From positions 1-25,218 of IMG/VR virus record IMGVR_UViG_3300042262_000158: a stretch of 25,218 nucleotides of DNA, one strand, 5' to 3'. Under the pieces are notes generated by a model. It did not search any database. It was given only the letters and a program-made list of their open reading frames with translations, and was not told the DNA's origin. Position numbers and translations under genes: made by a program. This stretch comes from a virus. Taxonomy: Duplodnaviria; Caudoviricetes. Of this stretch, positions 1 through 7,802 are shown piece after piece. Position 1 is the first letter of the stretch, and the number at the start of each line of letters is the position of its first letter.

Positions 1-1428
1 GGTGAAAAGGCCCAGGACATAATCAATGGCACTGTCAAAGGCATTGGCAAGGCCGCTTGCGCCGATCCTGGAAATCTCCGGGATGGAGACAAAAAAGCCG
101 ATCACCGAATTGTAGAAATCCTTATAGGCAGTCCCCACCTGTCGAATGGAAGTAAACAGCTCCTGATCCCAGTTGCTGCGAACATAGCTTTCAACCGCCT
201 CCCACGCGGTCGTGACGGCTTCAGCAACATAACCCCAGCTTGCCGCGAGGTAATCTGTCACCGTTGCCGTCTGTCCGTGAACTGTCACCGTCTCGTTGCG
301 AAATGCGACCAATGCCGCCGTTGCCACCCCCAGCGCAATCGCAATTGCCCCGACCGGTGTGAAGGCAAAGGCGGCCAGCCCTGCCGCTGCCCGTAAAGCC
401 GCACTGCCAATACTAATCAGGGTGGACGCGGTTTTAACCGCTGCGATACCCGCCAGCACCGCTAATACCTGATCCCCGTTGCGGATTACGAACTGCAACC
501 CGTCACTGGCCAGTGCCGTGCCCTGTGCCAGCAGTTCGCCAAAGCTGGTTGCGGCCTGTTCAAGCTCGGGACCTTTGAGCAAAGCCGTGATATCGCGAAT
601 TTCTTTGGCCAGTGTCGCGCCAAAGCCCGACGTGTAGACGGTGTTAGAGCGATCTGTAATCACGTTCATCATGCGGTTCCATTCGGAACTCGCGCGTCGT
701 GTCGCCGATGGTAAGGCTTCGCCATAGGTCTTGCGCAATTCAGCAGCAAATTTCGGCAGGAAATCCTCGGCTGTCACCTGACCAAGTTCCAGCATCTTAC
801 CCAGTTCTTGCGTTGAGACCCCCATCGCCCGCGCCGCAATCTGAAACGCACCGGGAATGCGCTCACCCAACTGGCCGCGCAACTCTTCGGCCTGAACGGT
901 GCCTTTGCTCATGACCTGCGTGATTGCGGTTAACGCGCCCTGGGTATCGGCAGATGATTTGTTTAAAACCACCATCGATTCCGACACAGCCTCAAAAATG
1001 TCGCGTGCCGGTTGCCCTTGCAAAACGGTGCTTTTGGCTGCTGCCGCAACCTGACTATATTGGTCGGTGGTGGATGCGAGCGCCAGCCCCAGCCGGTCTG
1101 CCTGGGCCCGTACATAATCCATTTCAGCAGCAGCTTTTTGATGCGTGCCTGCAACCGAGAGCAAGGTGCTTTCATAACCCTCAAAGGCATTGCCGGTCTG
1201 ATAGATATCGCGCACCAAAAGACCAAGACCCAGCGTTGCAATCGCATTGCGCATGTTCAAAAACATGCCGCTCACATTGCTGCCTTGCGCGGACAACCGA
1301 TCAAGGCCCCGCCCGGCGCGACCAGAGCTATCGGTCAGCCGGTCAAGCTCGGCACGCGATAACCGCAAATCGCCGATAAACCCACGGGCATCGGCGCGCA
1401 AACGTGCGGTGATAATCAGATCACTCAT
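1..1428 (-). CDS. Phage tail tape measure protein (N-terminal part; runs off the window edge)
   Basis: Not in the ORF track. Hand-translated from ATG at 1428 (SD-like GGGAGG upstream): MSDLIITARLRADARGF...ITQVMSKGTVQAEELRGQLGERIPGAFQIAARAMGVSTQELGKMLELG, the typical tape-measure N-terminal motif. Ala-rich and follows the tail chaperones. Confidence 0.92.
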   Translation of the reverse strand, partial: MSDLIITARLRADARGFIGDLRLSRAELDRLTDSSGRAGRGLDRLSAQGSNVSGMFLNMRNAIATLGLGLLVRDIYQTGNAFEGYESTLLSVAGTHQKAAAEMDYVRAQADRLGLALASTTDQYSQVAAAAKSTVLQGQPARDIFEAVSESMVVLNKSSADTQGALTAITQVMSKGTVQAEELRGQLGERIPGAFQIAARAMGVSTQELGKMLELGQVTAEDFLPKFAAELRKTYGEALPSATRRASSEWNRMMNVITDRSNTVYTSGFGATLAKEIRDITALLKGPELEQAATSFGELLAQGTALASDGLQFVIRNGDQVLAVLAGIAAVKTASTLISIGSAALRAAAGLAAFAFTPVGAIAIALGVATAALVAFRNETVTVHGQTATVTDYLAASWGYVAEAVTTAWEAVESYVRSNWDQELFTSIRQVGTAYKDFYNSVIGFFVSIPEISRIGASGLANAFDSAIDYVLGLFT

Positions 1429-1431
1429 GAC

Positions 1432-1803
1432 CTACCTCCCGCGCAACTCCGCAAACCGGCCAATGGCGGCCTGTTCCATAATCCGCAAATCGGCGAACAG
1501 CTCGGGCGTGATTTTTACTTTCGCCCATCTCGCGGCCTGTTCGACCCCCGGATAATCCAGCCCGTAAGGTGCACCATTGGCCGCCAGCCGCCATTGCGTC
1601 GCAGCCACTAAAAACAGCTCGACCGCCGCCCAGTTTTCGGGCCGCACGGCAAATTCCTGTGACTGTTTTTGTTGCTGTGAAAGCCATTGGCTGATCTGTT
1701 CCTCTGACGCGCCCCAGGCGCGCATATCGTCAATCAGGGTGTCGGTGTCTTCTGTTGAATGCTGCGCGCCCGCCGCCCAATAGCGCGCAGCATCGATCAG
1801 TTT
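1432..1803 (-). CDS. Tail assembly chaperone T segment (DUF1799-like), probably made as a G-T fusion by -1 frameshift
   Basis: Frame stays open from 1803 (KLIDAARYWAAG...) into ORF 1432..1725 (RPENWAAVELF...TQWR...GLDYPGVE...LRIMEQAAI). It lies between chaperone G and the tape measure gene. Confidence 0.8.
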   Translation of the reverse strand, partial: KLIDAARYWAAGAQHSTEDTDTLIDDMRAWGASEEQISQWLSQQQKQSQEFAVRPENWAAVELFLVAATQWRLAANGAPYGLDYPGVEQAARWAKVKITPELFADLRIMEQAAIGRFAELRGR

Positions 1804-2132
1804 TTTGTTTTTTGCCCCGATAGTCCTTTCCAGAATTCGGTGATCAAAGGCAGGGCGACATAGGGGATTTTTGCCAGCATTTCGCGCAGGGAAGCCGTGT
1901 CAGCAACATCGTTGTCGTCTTCGTCCTTGATACCCTCACAACCGACAAAAACGCGATCGAGCAAGACGCGGTCCTTGTTGGTATCTTCGCCTTCATAAAG
2001 CTCTTTGGCTTCATCGCTATTGATGGCAGCAAAGGTGGCGGTAAAGCTCTCGGCCTTGAAACCGGTATCGGTCGGCACCTTGACGTCGATTTTGCGTTTG
2101 AAGGTGTGGTTCTCGCGAAGAATAAAACTCAT
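1797..2132 (-). CDS. Tail assembly chaperone G
   Basis: 111 aa directly downstream of the tail tube gene; ends in a slippery A-AAA-AAC immediately before TGA. Confidence 0.8.
   Translation of the reverse strand: MSFILRENHTFKRKIDVKVPTDTGFKAESFTATFAAINSDEAKELYEGEDTNKDRVLLDRVFVGCEGIKDEDDNDVADTASLREMLAKIPYVALPLITEFWKGLSGQKTKN
1800..1806 (-). promoter_or_regulatory. Programmed -1 ribosomal frameshift site A AAA AAC
   Basis: Minus strand reads ACA AAA AAC TGA. The X XXY YYZ heptamer is in frame, and the -1 frame is open and joins ORF 1432..1725. Confidence 0.8.
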
Positions 2133-2204
2133 TTTGGAAACTCCGTAAAAGCCGTCTCAAAGCCCTCTCAAAGGGCAATGAGAGGCCGTTAAATCAGGTG
2201 AATG

Positions 2205-3134
2205 TCAGGTAAAAGTCAGAGTGATTTCGTCGTCACCCGCATCCGGCGTTGGCGTCAAAGTCAGCGCCATCATGACGGTGCCATCCTCATTGCTCTGGCT
2301 CGGCGTTTTAAGCTGAACTTTCGGCATGTCGATGGTCACGATATTGCCCGCATTGGTGCCATGAACCAGTTGCAGCGCATCAAGGGTTGCAGCCTTGACC
2401 AGACTGTAAAAATTCTTGGCCGAGATAAGCGGTTCTTCAAAGGTGACGGACCCGCTCATCTTGCGGTCGGAAAACTTGACTTCCTCGGAATTCATGCGGT
2501 CCCGGTGATTGATCGTATTACCGAGGTTAAACGTGAATGCCGTTGCAACAGCGCTAAAGCCATGCAGGGTGAAGGTCGGTGTGTTGGCATTGTTGACGGG
2601 CAAAGCCGGGATAAAGGCCGAGAAATCACTTGTCGGCAGGGCTGCTGACGCGGGCTGTGTCCACAACCCGACGAAGCTGAATTTAAACACCGGCAGATTG
2701 TTGGCATTCATTTCGACAGTGACATTGCCCCGCGAACCAACCAGTTTGAACAGATTGCCATCACGATTGAAATACAAGCTGGCCGACTCTTCATCTTCCG
2801 ACACCGGATTGTAAGCAACGCTCACCCCGGCATCGACCACTTCGGCCATCGCGCAGGCCCGTAACAAAGGACCAAAGGCGGGAGCCGTCCCGGCAGCGCC
2901 AGACCCGGCAATTTCCACGGTAAAATCGCAAGTGACGTGTGTATTCACCGGCACCGACGGGTCGGCACCCAACGTTGGCCGTAGCAACCCGCGCTCAACT
3001 TCATCACCCGCCAGCGGCGTCACCGTGGCTTCCGAAATCTGAATGGCATTGGCCGCCCCGGTCGGGGCTGCATCGGTGCCATAGGTGGTTTCCAGCTTGG
3101 CCAGAATAACTGTCTTGCGCCATTTGAGGCTCAT
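2205..3134 (-). CDS. Phage tail tube (major tail) protein
   Basis: 309 aa starting ILAKLETTYGTDAAPTGAANAI; beta-rich composition; positioned between the tail terminator and the chaperones. Confidence 0.85.
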   Translation of the reverse strand: MSLKWRKTVILAKLETTYGTDAAPTGAANAIQISEATVTPLAGDEVERGLLRPTLGADPSVPVNTHVTCDFTVEIAGSGAAGTAPAFGPLLRACAMAEVVDAGVSVAYNPVSEDEESASLYFNRDGNLFKLVGSRGNVTVEMNANNLPVFKFSFVGLWTQPASAALPTSDFSAFIPALPVNNANTPTFTLHGFSAVATAFTFNLGNTINHRDRMNSEEVKFSDRKMSGSVTFEEPLISAKNFYSLVKAATLDALQLVHGTNAGNIVTIDMPKVQLKTPSQSNEDGTVMMALTLTPTPDAGDDEITLTFT

Positions 3135-3139
3135 CGAAC

Positions 3140-3265
3140 CTACTCCTTGTCCTTGGCAGGCTTCGCAGCCGGCTGAATTTTTTCAGAGGCCACCGGTTTG
3201 CCCATATGCTCGGTCCGTGTGACCGCGCCGGTTTTCTTGTCCTTTTGATATCGTCCGCCCTTCAT
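3140..3265 (-). CDS. Small basic tail-region protein (41 aa, MKGGRYQKDKKTG...)
   Basis: ATG at 3265 preceded by AAAGGAG; fills the gap between the tail terminator and tail tube genes. Confidence 0.6.
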   Translation of the reverse strand: MKGGRYQKDKKTGAVTRTEHMGKPVASEKIQPAAKPAKDKE

Positions 3266-3290
3266 GACCGGCTCCTTTCCTTGAAAATCA

Positions 3291-3716
3291 TCAGGCGCGA
3301 AATTCGTCGCGCGCCTGGTACGTGTCCTGCCAAAAGGCAATGCCATCCTTGAACCCCAGCAGTTTTCCCTGCCGCAGGCCGACCGGATCAAATCCATTGC
3401 CCGGTTCCCAGCCGATCAGGGTAGTGCGGATTTTGGCGCGCAAATCTTCCAGTTCGTCCGATGCCTTTTCGCCGGTCGGATCGTTCGCACCCTTCACACA
3501 CAGCACCACAGCAACATCCCCGGTCACGTTTTGAACGAATGCACCAACCGCACGGCTGTTTGCCGAGGCACTATCCGCCGCCAGAAAAACAAATGCCGCT
3601 GGAAACGTGATCAGGTTGCGCCCGATCGCGGCAAAATCGACCGTGCCACGCACCGCGCGAAGCGCGGGAATTTCGGCTTTCAACCGGGCGCGGATCAACG
3701 GGGCCGGGTCTGTCAT
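3291..3716 (-). CDS. Tail terminator / gp37-like tail completion protein
   Basis: 141 aa with PAAFV, LIGWEP and terminal WQDTY motifs; follows the gp36-like gene. Confidence 0.75.
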   Translation of the reverse strand: MTDPAPLIRARLKAEIPALRAVRGTVDFAAIGRNLITFPAAFVFLAADSASANSRAVGAFVQNVTGDVAVVLCVKGANDPTGEKASDELEDLRAKIRTTLIGWEPGNGFDPVGLRQGKLLGFKDGIAFWQDTYQARDEFRA

Positions 3717-3720
3717 GATC

Positions 3721-4125
3721 TCAAAACCCCATCTTGCGCGGATCGGTCATAACCGGCAGCGCATCGCCCCATTGCGGGGTGTCTGTGCTGGGTGTGCGAC
3801 CATCAAGAACCAGTTTACCGTTCGCAATTGATTCCAGCATTTTGATCGCATCATTGCGGCGATTGCGAATATCTTCCGGTGCGCCCCACGGATGCAGCGC
3901 ATACAGGATCAAATCACAGGCAACGGTGGTTAGAAGGGCCGGTGGACTGGAAAGCGGCAGGTCATAACGACCTGCCAGATATCCATCAATCACCCCGTCG
4001 GCCTCGGCAATCGCCGCATCGATCACGCCGGTATCAGCCACCCCGTCACCATCGCGATCCGAAAGACGGGTTAGTTGATCGATCCCGATCCGGTTGCCAA
4101 GGTCGGTTGCGCTGACATAAGGCAT
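3721..4125 (-). CDS. Mu gp36-like head-tail connector (DUF1320 family)
   Basis: YVSATDL...IDGYLAGRYDLPL...AIKMLESIANGKLVL, characteristic of gp36/DUF1320. Confidence 0.9.
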   Translation of the reverse strand: MPYVSATDLGNRIGIDQLTRLSDRDGDGVADTGVIDAAIAEADGVIDGYLAGRYDLPLSSPPALLTTVACDLILYALHPWGAPEDIRNRRNDAIKMLESIANGKLVLDGRTPSTDTPQWGDALPVMTDPRKMGF

Positions 4126-4127
4126 GG

Positions 4128-4427
4128 TCAGGCCTCCGCGACCACAAGGTTACGTTCACCAAGGATGGCCGCAATCTGCTCGTCGCTGAGATCGGCAGTC
4201 TTGAGCACCACCGGCTCCTTGCCAAAGCGCAGGCCAGCCCGGCGAAACGTTGTTAAACCCCGCCGGGTTTTGACCGTGATTTCATCGGGTAAAACCAAAG
4301 TCTGGTCATCGCCCTGGTTCATCTGGGCCGGAACAGCGGAAGCCGTTTGCCCGGCTTCCTTTTGTTCCGTTTCTGCCGAAGGCGCGGCTGCCTTCGGTGC
4401 TGCATTCCCGCTTTTGCGCGCTGCCAT
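4128..4427 (-). CDS. HI1506-like (FluMu gp35-type) protein
   Basis: C-terminal FRRAGLRFG...LSDEQIAAILGERNLVV motif; sits just after the major capsid gene; SD AGGAG. Confidence 0.75.
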   Translation of the reverse strand: MAARKSGNAAPKAAAPSAETEQKEAGQTASAVPAQMNQGDDQTLVLPDEITVKTRRGLTTFRRAGLRFGKEPVVLKTADLSDEQIAAILGERNLVVAEA

Positions 4428-4470
4428 GTCACTCTCCTGTATGTTCTCGCCATCCCGTCAGGATGCCGGT

Positions 4471-5373
4471 CTAGGCCGCAGCAAGACGGCGGTTAAGAAT
4501 GATTTTGGAGGTATTGAACCATTCGTTGGTTTCGCCACCGGCGGCCAGCGAATTGCCAATCACCTTGCGCGCAGCCCCTTCAAGCGTGCTTGGCACCATC
4601 GTATGGGTGTGGGCAAGGCCCAGCGGGCGACCATGATCGCCTAGCATTCCCTGAAGGCGCTGACGGGCCAGTTCATAGTTTTCTGCATTCAGTGTCTGCT
4701 TGCTGCGCACGGCCAACTGCCAGAGGCCGGGGCCGACATTCACACGGGCATCAACGCCATACATGAATTTGTCGGTCATAAAGACGTTCGAATCATTAAG
4801 GTTCGTGATCGAACGGAAGTCATAATCGCGGCGTTTTTGAAAAATGAACGGCTTGATAAAGCGCGACAGATCCAGCACGTACCAGGCGGCACCAGCACCG
4901 CCCATGTCGTTCGAAACGCTGGTTTCCTTACCATCTGCATCAAGCACCGGATGATCGCTATCAAACAGGTTTTGCCCGTCATAACAAAGCGGGTTGGCCT
5001 CGATCAGCTCAACCAGCAGCTTGTTCGGATGCGCCTTGGCCGAGCGGCCCATTTCCTGAAACAGCGGAGCGTACAGCCCATAGGTGTCATCGTCGAGTTT
5101 GTCGCGCAAAACACCTTCGGTCAGTTCGAACTTGCGGTTCTTGATCGAAAAGTCAGCGGCTTCCAGTGAATGAATAACCCGATCACCCACCCATTCGCGC
5201 ATATCGGGCAGCGATTTCAGCCACGGGTAAACTTCCACCGCCGTCGTGCTCGGCACCGGCGTTGCAATCATCGCCGCAACATCTTCTTCAGCACCAAGCG
5301 AGGAAAAACCGGCCTGAAACGCGGTTTTATAGCCCTTGAAAACCGCTTCAAGATTGGAGGTCGTTAAATCCAT
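4471..5373 (-). CDS. Mu-like major capsid protein gpT
   Basis: Likely start ATG at 5373 (MDLTTSNL, SD GAAAGGA). Motifs: MREWVGDR, CYDGQNLFDSDHPV, KPFIFQKR, YGVDARVNVG. Confidence 0.95.
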   Translation of the reverse strand: MDLTTSNLEAVFKGYKTAFQAGFSSLGAEEDVAAMIATPVPSTTAVEVYPWLKSLPDMREWVGDRVIHSLEAADFSIKNRKFELTEGVLRDKLDDDTYGLYAPLFQEMGRSAKAHPNKLLVELIEANPLCYDGQNLFDSDHPVLDADGKETSVSNDMGGAGAAWYVLDLSRFIKPFIFQKRRDYDFRSITNLNDSNVFMTDKFMYGVDARVNVGPGLWQLAVRSKQTLNAENYELARQRLQGMLGDHGRPLGLAHTHTMVPSTLEGAARKVIGNSLAAGGETNEWFNTSKIILNRRLAAA

Positions 5374-5401
5374 AATAAAGATCCTTTCGGGGGGTAATCG
5401 A

Positions 5402-5830
5402 TTACGCCAGGACGCCGCTGGTCGGATCGACCAGGACCCAGACACCGCTGTCATCGACATCGTCGACAATGCCGACAATACTGCGCGTGCTTGTGCCGCT
5501 GGTCTTTGCGACCGTCAGATCATCGACCGCGTAGCAAGCCTTGCCGATGTCGCCGGTCGTGATCGCATCGGTCGAGGTTGAGTTGGCAAAGCGGTAAATA
5601 CCGCGTTCAACAGCCGCGACCATGTCGCCATCGCCACCTGCCGAGTTGTCACATTCAGCGCTAAACACCCCAACCGCGATCAGGCCGGTGGCTGTGGTGG
5701 CCGGTTCGACAAACCCGCCATTCAAAACCGCAATCGTGCCTGCGTAGGCGTGGGTGGCCGCCGCCATGCCATAGCCGCGTGACAGACCAAGGCGATGCGG
5801 CGTATTTGTGTTTTTGGTTGCTGCGGTCAT
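5402..5830 (-). CDS. Head-module protein, possible capsid decoration/cement protein
   Basis: Gly/Ala/Thr-rich, ~142 aa, between protease and capsid genes; ITTGDIGKACYAVDDLTV...GVWV pattern. Function inferred from position only. Confidence 0.55.
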   Translation of the reverse strand: MTAATKNTNTPHRLGLSRGYGMAAATHAYAGTIAVLNGGFVEPATTATGLIAVGVFSAECDNSAGGDGDMVAAVERGIYRFANSTSTDAITTGDIGKACYAVDDLTVAKTSGTSTRSIVGIVDDVDDSGVWVLVDPTSGVLA

Positions 5831-5872
5831 GATCAAATCCTTTCCGCTTTAGCTGTTAAAACCCGGAGCGCC

Positions 5873-6403
5873 TTACGAGGCGTTCGCTTTGGCGTAATCT
5901 TCGGGGGAAAGACCCATCTGCTTGCAAACAGCCAGATCCGCATCATTCAGGCCGTTGCCATCCGTTGCTTTCTTTTCCGGGGCCTTGCCTGCCGTCTGAA
6001 GCCCCTTTAAGGCCGCAAGCGGGGCCGCGTCCGCCAGATGCGATTTCAAAACCGCAACGGTCTGGCCGCGCAGCCAGTCAGCTGTCGCCTTACCGGCAAT
6101 GCGGCCATCGGCAACACCTTCTTCAATAAGGCGGTCCCGCTCACTTTTTTCACCACTTGCCTTCAGCACGGCCAACTGGGCTTTCAGTTCGTCATAGACC
6201 GGTTGGGGAACACCCACAGCCGGTGCGGCTTTCAACGCGGCAATCGCCGGTTTGGCGTCCTCGCCGTCTTTCAGGCCAAGCTCGGCCCGCAGGGCGGCCA
6301 TCTGGTCATTGCCGGTTTTCAGGGCCGCAACCGCCTTGATGGCATTGGCTTCGGTGGTATCTTCGGGAAGCCCAAGGGCTTCGAGCAGGATTTTGAGGTC
6401 CAT
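5873..6403 (-). CDS. Putative in-frame nested scaffold protein Z
   Basis: Internal ATG at 6403 (MDLKILLEALGL) preceded by SD-like ACGGAG; helical Ala/Lys-rich C-terminal half. Mu Z is translated in-frame from within gene I. Confidence 0.6.
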   Translation of the reverse strand: MDLKILLEALGLPEDTTEANAIKAVAALKTGNDQMAALRAELGLKDGEDAKPAIAALKAAPAVGVPQPVYDELKAQLAVLKASGEKSERDRLIEEGVADGRIAGKATADWLRGQTVAVLKSHLADAAPLAALKGLQTAGKAPEKKATDGNGLNDADLAVCKQMGLSPEDYAKANAS

Positions 6404-6952
6404 CTCATCGGTCTCCGTTTGGGAATGTTCGATATCAAAGGGAAGGGCCGCACGGGCTGCCGCTAGCGCCCGCTGATCCAGCCCGTGAATGGCCGGGGTG
6501 TTCGTCAGTGCAATTTGCAACAGGTCAAGCGGGGTGCCGCTCCCGTCATAGGGAAAGACCGGCGACAGATACAAATATTCATCCGCATCGACCATCGCCT
6601 GTGCCGCAGCTGTCCATTTGACCGCGCCATAAAGGCCGTCTTCACGCCATTCCAGCGTTTTCGGGTCAACCCAGCCCGCCGCAGGGGCCGGTTTTCCGTT
6701 TTGTGCCGACATCAGGGTCTGGTGTTCGTAATCGATCACGATATTGGTCGAACGGTTTTGCGCATTTGCGATCAGCACAGCAGCCGATGCCTGGTCAAGA
6801 TGCCACGGCCCCTGACCAGACATTGCCCCGCGCGGAGCGGAGAATGTGCCCGCAGGCATCAGACGCTTTAAATCACCCTGCGTCCGGTCAAGCGACACGG
6901 CACAAATGGCGATCTTCGGCATATGTTTTTTGGATAGCTGATGCGTTTTCAT
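5873..6952 (-). CDS. Mu-like prohead protease gpI (contains nested scaffold Z)
   Basis: Motifs IVIDYEHQTL, APAAGW, WTAAA, EYLYLSPVF, ALTNTPAI; probable start ATG at 6952. Confidence 0.93.
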   Translation of the reverse strand: MKTHQLSKKHMPKIAICAVSLDRTQGDLKRLMPAGTFSAPRGAMSGQGPWHLDQASAAVLIANAQNRSTNIVIDYEHQTLMSAQNGKPAPAAGWVDPKTLEWREDGLYGAVKWTAAAQAMVDADEYLYLSPVFPYDGSGTPLDLLQIALTNTPAIHGLDQRALAAARAALPFDIEHSQTETDEMDLKILLEALGLPEDTTEANAIKAVAALKTGNDQMAALRAELGLKDGEDAKPAIAALKAAPAVGVPQPVYDELKAQLAVLKASGEKSERDRLIEEGVADGRIAGKATADWLRGQTVAVLKSHLADAAPLAALKGLQTAGKAPEKKATDGNGLNDADLAVCKQMGLSPEDYAKANAS

Positions 6953-6958
6953 GCCGAC

Positions 6959-7005
6959 ATCTTCGGTCAAACGCGCACAGGTCATAAGGGCGTAAGGTTG
7001 CGCCC
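6959..7005 (-). promoter_or_regulatory. Putative activator-dependent late promoter of the head/tail operon
   Basis: Palindrome GGGCGTAA-GG-TTGCGCCC (6988-7005), then 23 nt, then GAAGAT (-10-like), 6 nt before the gpI ATG. The same layout occurs at 15651-15698. Confidence 0.55.
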
Positions 7006-7123
7006 TCAATGCCGGTTTTGATGATTTTGGGGAAAGTGCCTTTCAAGGCAGGACTGACGCTACCCCGGATCGCCCTTTAACGCAAGACCGCCAAACAGGA
7101 GCGAACCCGACCGCCCCTTGAAG

Positions 7124-7152
7124 TTTAAGAGGCATTTAAGAGGTTTTAAGAG
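7124..7152. repeat. Three helically phased TTTAAGAG direct repeats in the G-I intergenic region
   Basis: Copies start at 7124, 7135 and 7145 (spacing 11 and 10 bp). Confidence 0.7.
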
Positions 7153-7252
7153 CTATATCAGGCGACGCACCCGCTTTCAGAGCCACAACGGGGCAGCTTT
7201 AATGCCAAAACGCACCACGGGCGAAAAATCGGAACGCTGGTCAGAGATGTTG

Positions 7253-7699
7253 TTAAAGCCCGATATAGTCCTTCACAATATCCTCAATCACCGAAATATC
7301 TTCGGACGAAAAACCCAGCCAGGTGCGCGCCGGGATGCCGCGATCCTCATCGCCAAATTGCTGGGTCGCGCCGTAAATCCGGTCGGTGCCAAATGCCAGC
7401 TCATTACCCGTGATCTGATAGCGCAGCAAATCGCGTAAATCGCCGCTTTCAATCAGAATGCCGCGATCACGGCCTTTGCGCTGCTTGCGCTTTACAGTCG
7501 ATGCCTTCAGGGGCTTCCACGGCTCGCCGTCGGGCGATGTCTGGTGATCCCAGCGTTCGCGATGCGCCAGATCAAGATATTCACCAATATCTGCCAATAA
7601 CGGGGCAAGGTTTTCACCGCGCGCAATCAACTGCCGAAACCGCCTTTGGGCTTCGCGATCATCCAGTGTGAAGTCAAATTCTAAACTTGCCCCGGCCAT
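7253..7699 (-). CDS. Phage virion morphogenesis protein (Mu gpG-like)
   Basis: SPDGEPWKPLK...ILIESGDLR...GTDRIYGATQQFG...IPARTWLG motifs; SD AGGAG. Confidence 0.9.
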   Translation of the reverse strand: MAGASLEFDFTLDDREAQRRFRQLIARGENLAPLLADIGEYLDLAHRERWDHQTSPDGEPWKPLKASTVKRKQRKGRDRGILIESGDLRDLLRYQITGNELAFGTDRIYGATQQFGDEDRGIPARTWLGFSSEDISVIEDIVKDYIGL

Positions 7700-7715
7700 G
7701 TCTGTCTCCTATAAT
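7687..7715 (+). promoter_or_regulatory. Sigma70-type promoter, antisense to the late operon
   Basis: -35 TTGCCC (7687-7692), 17-nt spacer, perfect -10 TATAAT (7710-7715). Confidence 0.65.
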
Positions 7716-7721
7716 TATCCT

Positions 7722-7802
7722 AGCGCCATAGGGCAGGCAGTCTCTGACCAGACCTCCAATCCCATGCTCTGGCAAACCACGACGGGTCAGCGGCGTGGTT
7801 TT
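7722..7802 (+). ncRNA. Candidate structured small RNA with a kissing-loop pseudoknot
   Basis: Stems: 7725-7735/7765-7773; GTCT/AGAC closing loop CTGACC (7744-7749); AAACCACG/CGTGGTTT plus a CG/CG pair closing loop GGTCAG (7785-7790). The two loops are exact reverse complements. Promoter upstream and short U-run downstream. Confidence 0.6.

Noticed and set aside
4428-4473. Possible stop read-through fusing capsid T to the next gene; small hairpin CATCC/GGATG
   Set aside because: The downstream ATG is not in frame with the TAG and no slippery site is seen. The hairpin is too short to call an RNA element.
7124-7152. CRISPR-like or iteron array
   Set aside because: Only three 8-bp units with 2-3 bp gaps; no spacers and no cas or rep gene.
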